Shown here piece after piece: positions 59,749 through 64,000 of a DNA stretch of 64,000 nucleotides. The position numbers and the translations under genes are program-made. The notes beneath the pieces were generated by a model that made no database searches, was not told the origin of the DNA, and worked only from the letters and a program-made list of their open reading frames with translations. Origin of the DNA: Candidatus Binatia bacterium (GTDB lineage: Bacteria; Desulfobacterota; Binatia; Bin18). The DNA lies in the NCBI GenBank assembly GCA_963666315.2, contig CAXXHG010000036.1, forward strand, positions 1 to 64,000, written 5' to 3'. Position 1 is the first letter of the stretch; every line of letters begins with the position of its first letter.

Positions 59749-61055
59749 TAGATCCCCTCCTGTTTTGGCGGATATTCCCAGGGAGCTCTAGGTGAACGCG
59801 GATCATAGCCCCGCTCATTGGGGATAACCTTGAGATGGGTGAACATGCCTTCATGTGGGGCAATGCCCATAGGCTGGTCCGGCATCTGGTTCATAATGTG
59901 ATGCAGGACATGACAGTGTAGACGCCAAGTGCCGGGATTCCATGCGTCGAGCTCGATATCACGTGTCTCTCCCGGTCCGATTGTCACCGTCACATCCCGC
60001 CAACGCGCGCTAACAGGAATAGGTCCTCCCGTTGTGCCAACAATTTCAAAAACGTGCCCGTGAATATGGATCGGATGATACAGCAGACTCAGGTTTGCGA
60101 ACCGAATACGCACTTGGTCGCCTTGATGTACGACGAGCTGAGGAAACGACGGAGCCGTCTTTCCGTTGAAGGTTGCAAATGAGGGCTCCATGGCATTGAT
60201 ATTGGGGTTCGGATTGCCCGGCTGGAATGTCCATTGTTGCAGTACGAGTACGAAATCTTTGTCTATTTTTCGTTCCTGGCGCCGGGGATGAATGACAAAC
60301 GCCCCGCTTAGGCCCAGCGCTTCTTGTTTCATGACGTTAAAGCCGGTGTGGTACATGAGCGTTCCGGACTGCATGAGGTCGAACTCGTATACCTCCGTCT
60401 GTCCAGGCAGAACCGGTCTGCGGGCTTCAAACGGATGATAGCCGGACGCCCCGTCTTGGGAGAATGGCAGCTCAAAGCCGTGCCAATGAATGGACGTCGG
60501 CTCCGGAAGTTCGTTGCGTAGGATGATCCGAACGCGGTCGCCCTCGGTTGCTTCAAGTGTCGGACCAGGACAATTCCCGTTATAGCCCCAGGCCAGCATG
60601 GTCTTGGGCTGGCTTGATCGCGGCTGAAAGCGCTGATGACCCTCCGGGATAGTCGGTGCGTGTCGGTGTTCGACACTGTCCGGCTCCGTTATGACGACCT
60701 CAACCGGCTGGGCAATAAGCTCGAAGACTTTGACGTCGCCGTCCATGCGATAGCCCAAAGGCGGGATACCGGGCGTGACCACGCGCCCCATTTGGCGGCC
60801 CATCGTTCGGGGTGGGGACGAGAGAACAATATCGGGATGCCGACGTGGAAACCGGTCGACAAGCGGGTTCATGGACATCCCATGCATGGGATGCCCATGG
60901 CCGTCGGCTGCCGACAGCTCAGCGTTCTGGTCTAATCTGGCTGGGCTGGCTGGGCCGGCCAAGCTGACCGCCCTACGCGCTGAGAGTGCGCCTGTTGTCG
61001 CGGCGGCAAATGCGGTGAGCAATTTTCGTCGCGTAAGTATTTTGGACGCTTTCAT
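59748..61055 (-). CDS. Tat-exported two-domain multicopper oxidase
   Basis: TRRKLL Tat motif, His/Met-rich N-segment, PGPTL, HWHG, HPIHIHGH and HCHVLHHIMNQM. Confidence 0.92.
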   Translation of the reverse strand: MKASKILTRRKLLTAFAAATTGALSARRAVSLAGPASPARLDQNAELSAADGHGHPMHGMSMNPLVDRFPRRHPDIVLSSPPRTMGRQMGRVVTPGIPPLGYRMDGDVKVFELIAQPVEVVITEPDSVEHRHAPTIPEGHQRFQPRSSQPKTMLAWGYNGNCPGPTLEATEGDRVRIILRNELPEPTSIHWHGFELPFSQDGASGYHPFEARRPVLPGQTEVYEFDLMQSGTLMYHTGFNVMKQEALGLSGAFVIHPRRQERKIDKDFVLVLQQWTFQPGNPNPNINAMEPSFATFNGKTAPSFPQLVVHQGDQVRIRFANLSLLYHPIHIHGHVFEIVGTTGGPIPVSARWRDVTVTIGPGETRDIELDAWNPGTWRLHCHVLHHIMNQMPDQPMGIAPHEGMFTHLKVIPNERGYDPRSPRAPWEYPPKQEGI

Positions 61056-61190
61056 TCGGATGACTCCTGTATATTCTGAGGGAAAAAGGAAGTAGACAGC
61101 ACACCTCGCAGCAATCCACTATCGACACTATCGAGGCGGTGTGGATAACGGTGAACGGTGGCAGCGCGAGGCGTACACGTTTTGGCGGGC

Positions 61191-61541
61191 TCACAGGAGA
61201 AAAATGGAATACAGAACGTTTAATCGAGGTTGAGACAAGTCTCTTACAGGAGACTGTCGAGAGCTCGGATTTTCCCACTCTTGTGGCGGCCGCCTCTCGC
61301 CTGCGGGCTGGAGCAAAGGCAGAGCGACCGCAGCAGCCGGAACCTCACTAGAAAAATCTGTTCGTGCAAGAAAGATGCACGTTGGGCAGTCAGCGGCTTG
61401 TTGCGGGACAGCCTCCTTATGGCAGGCAGGAGGGCCGGACGGCTCAGCCTCAGGACGAAAAGATGCACAGGCCGCAAGCGCGCACAGCGGCATCTGGAAA
61501 AGCAACACACAAGACAGGAGGGCTCCGATAAACAAACGCAT
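61191..61541 (-). CDS. Small Cys/His-containing leader-type protein upstream of the copper operon
   Basis: Hydrophobic N-helix, C..AC, CH, CPTC, Pro-rich linker and hydrophobic tail RLNVLYSIFLL. Start at ATG 61541 is inferred. Confidence 0.6.
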   Translation of the reverse strand: MRLFIGALLSCVLLFQMPLCALAACASFRPEAEPSGPPACHKEAVPQQAADCPTCIFLARTDFSSEVPAAAVALPLLQPAGERRPPQEWENPSSRQSPVRDLSQPRLNVLYSIFLL

Positions 61542-61730
61542 ACCGCACCGATCAAAAACCGCCGCCATCGAGAGGTGACTGTCATCAGTATGGAGGAGGC
61601 CCCCAAGCGAGTCAATCTGAGTGCCAAGCTGGGCTTTTTGCAACCCGACGAAGGTGGTATGCATTGCCATGTCTGGGGATAGGGAGAAGCAAAACAGAGG
61701 CACAGAGAATACAGGATGAGGAGACCGGGC

Positions 61731-62069
61731 ATGGACGTATTTAAACAGCTAGGCGATCTGGTGACCTTCTCTGACGAGAAGATGAAAAAGGTCAACCTCT
61801 TCACAACCGACCGGATGTTCTGCGACGTATATTGCTTTGAGCCCGACCAAAAACAAACGCCGCACACCCATACCGGCTCTGACAAGATTTATTATGTCCT
61901 TGAAGGCAAGGCTAAAATTCGCATAGGCCAAGAAACTAAAGATGTGGGTCCGGGCGAAATCGCCCTGGCCCCATCCGGAACCGAGCATGGGGTGAGCAAT
62001 CCCGGCCCTGATCGTTTGACGGTTTTAGTTTTCATGGCTCCAAAACCTATCGCTCCAAAACCTGGATAA
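61731..62069 (+). CDS. Cupin domain protein
   Basis: PHTHTGSDKIYYVLEG...PSGTEHGVSN. Confidence 0.9.
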   Translation: MDVFKQLGDLVTFSDEKMKKVNLFTTDRMFCDVYCFEPDQKQTPHTHTGSDKIYYVLEGKAKIRIGQETKDVGPGEIALAPSGTEHGVSNPGPDRLTVLVFMAPKPIAPKPG

Positions 62070-62078
62070 GGAATACGC

Positions 62079-62495
62079 ATGGAAGCACACCAGGCCGTTG
62101 CGGCGGCAAATGAGGCCTTTTATCGCGCCTTTGAGACGCTCGATATTAAGGAGATGGAAAAGGTGTGGTTGCAAGCCAGCCATATCAAATGCGTCCATCC
62201 CGGTTGGTCGTTACTGTGTGGCTGGGGTCCGATTATGGCAAGCTGGGAGCGCATTTTCACTAATACGCAGTCCATGCGTTTCAGCCTCTCGGATGTACGC
62301 CTTGAGGTGTCAGGCACCCTAGGCTGGGCGGTGCTGATCGAAAATCTCGATGCGCACGGTTCGGACGGTGTGTCCCGATCCCAAATTTTAACCACCAATC
62401 TTTTTGAGCAATCCGAAGGACAGTGGTTCATGGTCCACCATCATGCGTCGCCGATTTTGGCGCCGCCAACACCGGCTGAAGACCAGCTCCAATAG
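62079..62495 (+). CDS. SnoaL/NTF2-like protein
   Basis: ANEAFYRAFE, CVHPGW, SWERIF and TNLF...WFMVHHHAS. Confidence 0.9.
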   Translation: MEAHQAVAAANEAFYRAFETLDIKEMEKVWLQASHIKCVHPGWSLLCGWGPIMASWERIFTNTQSMRFSLSDVRLEVSGTLGWAVLIENLDAHGSDGVSRSQILTTNLFEQSEGQWFMVHHHASPILAPPTPAEDQLQ

Positions 62496-62594
62496 CAACA
62501 GTTGGAGCGGAACCAGCGTCTGAGCTTGCCCATTTCGCCACGTCGATGTTAGAGTGACAGCACCGCTAGACACACTAGGAGGAGGGTGACACGC

Positions 62595-63158
62595 ATGCTC
62601 ATATCAGCAACCCAGCTACGGGTTGGGGCGCTTGTCCTATATCAAAATGAGCTCCACCGCATCACGAATGTGATCCATGTCACACCGGGCAATAAACGCG
62701 GATTTATGCAAACAAAACTCCGCAACCTGCGAACCGGACTACAAACGGCACATAAATTTAGCTCGAACGATAAAGTCGACCGAGTGAGCCTGGATCAACA
62801 GGAGATGGAATACCTGTATGAGTCCGGGGATGAGTACTGCTTTATGAATTCCGAGAATTACGAGCAGATCAGCTTAACAAAAGAGACGCTCGGAGATTCC
62901 GTGCACTACCTCTTCCCGAACATGAAAATCACGATAGATTTCTACGAAGATAACCCTGTGGGTGTGAATTTACCAAAGACGGTCGATCTTACAGTGACCG
63001 ATACTCCCCCAGCGCTGAAGGGCGCAACAGTGATAAACGAGCTGAAACCCGCCACCATGGAAACCGGCCTTGTCGTCCGTGTTCCCGGCTTTATCAACAT
63101 TGGCGAATCCATACGCGTGGACACCGAAACCGGAGCATATGTCTCCCGGGCTAAATAG
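62595..63158 (+). CDS. efp: Elongation factor P (Asn-tipped loop)
   Basis: HVTPGNKRGF, MEYLY, FMNSENYEQ, KPATMETG and VPGFINIGESIRVDTETGAYVSRA. Confidence 0.95.
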   Translation: MLISATQLRVGALVLYQNELHRITNVIHVTPGNKRGFMQTKLRNLRTGLQTAHKFSSNDKVDRVSLDQQEMEYLYESGDEYCFMNSENYEQISLTKETLGDSVHYLFPNMKITIDFYEDNPVGVNLPKTVDLTVTDTPPALKGATVINELKPATMETGLVVRVPGFINIGESIRVDTETGAYVSRAK

Positions 63159-63165
63159 TCTGCCT

Positions 63166-63561
63166 ATGAAACGTTTTTTCCTTGGTCTTGGTGTTAGTGT
63201 GATTCTTGTCTGTATCGGCCTGGGGATAGGTGTTGCCGTTCTTATACACACTCCGGGCTATGCGGCCGGCACAATCGCTGAGCCGCGGCTGCTGATCGAT
63301 CATCACCGCATTAAAGTCTGGAGACTAGTCTTAGAGCCAGGTCAATCGACCAGACGGCACACGCATAAATTCGAGGAAGTCCTGATTTGTCTGGAAGGCG
63401 GCAAGCTCCGGTCAACTCAGCCCGGGCCTGAGCCTGAACGCGAGACCCATTATCCTGAGGCCGGCCAGGTCATCATGCCCAAGGTCAAGGGTCTGACCCA
63501 CGTGCTGACCAATGTGGGAACGACGCGCTACACTCAGATCTCAATTGAGCTCAAGGAATAA
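63166..63561 (+). CDS. Exported cupin-like protein
   Basis: N-terminal hydrophobic signal; RIKVWRLVLEPGQSTRRHTH...THVLTNVG...IELK. Confidence 0.8.
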   Translation: MKRFFLGLGVSVILVCIGLGIGVAVLIHTPGYAAGTIAEPRLLIDHHRIKVWRLVLEPGQSTRRHTHKFEEVLICLEGGKLRSTQPGPEPERETHYPEAGQVIMPKVKGLTHVLTNVGTTRYTQISIELKE

Positions 63562-63590
63562 AAAAGGGCGCACCGGAGTGCGCCCTTCTA
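63560..63590. terminator. Bidirectional intrinsic terminator
   Basis: A-tract then GGGCGCAC-CGGA-GTGCGCCC-TTCT, between convergent genes. Confidence 0.75.
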
Positions 63591-63622
63591 TCTTGTCTGC
63601 ACCTGATTCGTTGGTCAGCTCA

Positions 63623-64000
63623 TTATCCACCAAAATAACTCTTTGGATTCTGAACCGTCATGGTTTGAACAGTACCCTCACTGACCCCGGCTTTATGCAA
63701 CTGAGGCAGGATATCCTTCAAGATGTGAGCATAGTTCCAGTTCGGACAGGCCTCGACGAATTTCTCCCAGGCCGCACTCAGCCAGCCCATCATACAATGC
63801 ACTGCATCGTGTGAAAGCACAATCCGGTCATGGCCAACGGCCAACAGACCGATCAGCGACGCCAAGCGCATCTTATCCGACGCAATGGTCTCAACACCAA
63901 AGCGGTCAAAGCCTATCCACGCGCCTCGATCCACGATGTCGAAGTAGTAGCGCCTATCACCCACGCCACAAGCATGACCGATCATCACCCGGTTAAAGTC
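63623..64000 (-). CDS. Phosphotriesterase-related protein (5' end outside window)
   Basis: IGHAC, GAWIGFDRFG, IVLSHD and C-terminal NPKSYF. Confidence 0.85.
   Translation of the reverse strand, partial: DFNRVMIGHACGVGDRRYYFDIVDRGAWIGFDRFGVETIASDKMRLASLIGLLAVGHDRIVLSHDAVHCMMGWLSAAWEKFVEACPNWNYAHILKDILPQLHKAGVSEGTVQTMTVQNPKSYFGG

Overview
Bacterial chromosome window of moderately high GC by eye. Gene content and order look deltaproteobacteria-like, possibly Ca. Binatia (inference only, no database search). Positions 1-24.9 kb are a housekeeping backbone: pfkB, mtnP, rlmN, ndk, a TPR gene, sucD, sucC, a frameshifted mdh, tsaB, rseP, cdsA, uppS, frr, pyrH, tsf, rpsB, rho, rluD-like, ribF, the tol-pal-cpoB operon, and gap-tpiA-secG. 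dxr and pgk are missing from their usual positions. A ~6.8 kb eroded insert separates secG from tRNA-Leu(GAG). It holds a broken wHTH-ATPase-TPR regulator facing four phased 11-bp repeats, a small intact ORF, a GC-rich NHL/L-domain surface-protein remnant and a broken FAD oxidoreductase. Next come an M16 peptidase, prmA, rsmE, gshB and a YhhQ-type transporter. tRNA-Phe follows, with a probable decayed integrative island (integrase tail, toxin-antitoxin cluster with palindromic operators, ActP-like symporter, partial tRNA-Phe repeat). Further on are an SDR, an M20 peptidase, Trm112, xth, a PHM-like copper monooxygenase fold, a gluconolactonase and tupABC. A 4 kb run of deletion-fused gene fragments ends at an orphaned sigma54 promoter. 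The right end carries a ZIP transporter, a leader-peptide/two-domain multicopper oxidase/TolC cassette, cupins, an EF-P with an Asn-tipped loop and a partial phosphotriesterase. No rRNA, CRISPR array or intact transposase was seen. The dominant signal is ongoing genome erosion. The best candidates for undescribed systems are the wHTH-ATPase/phased-repeat/small-ORF module, the copper cassette and the PHM-like enzyme.
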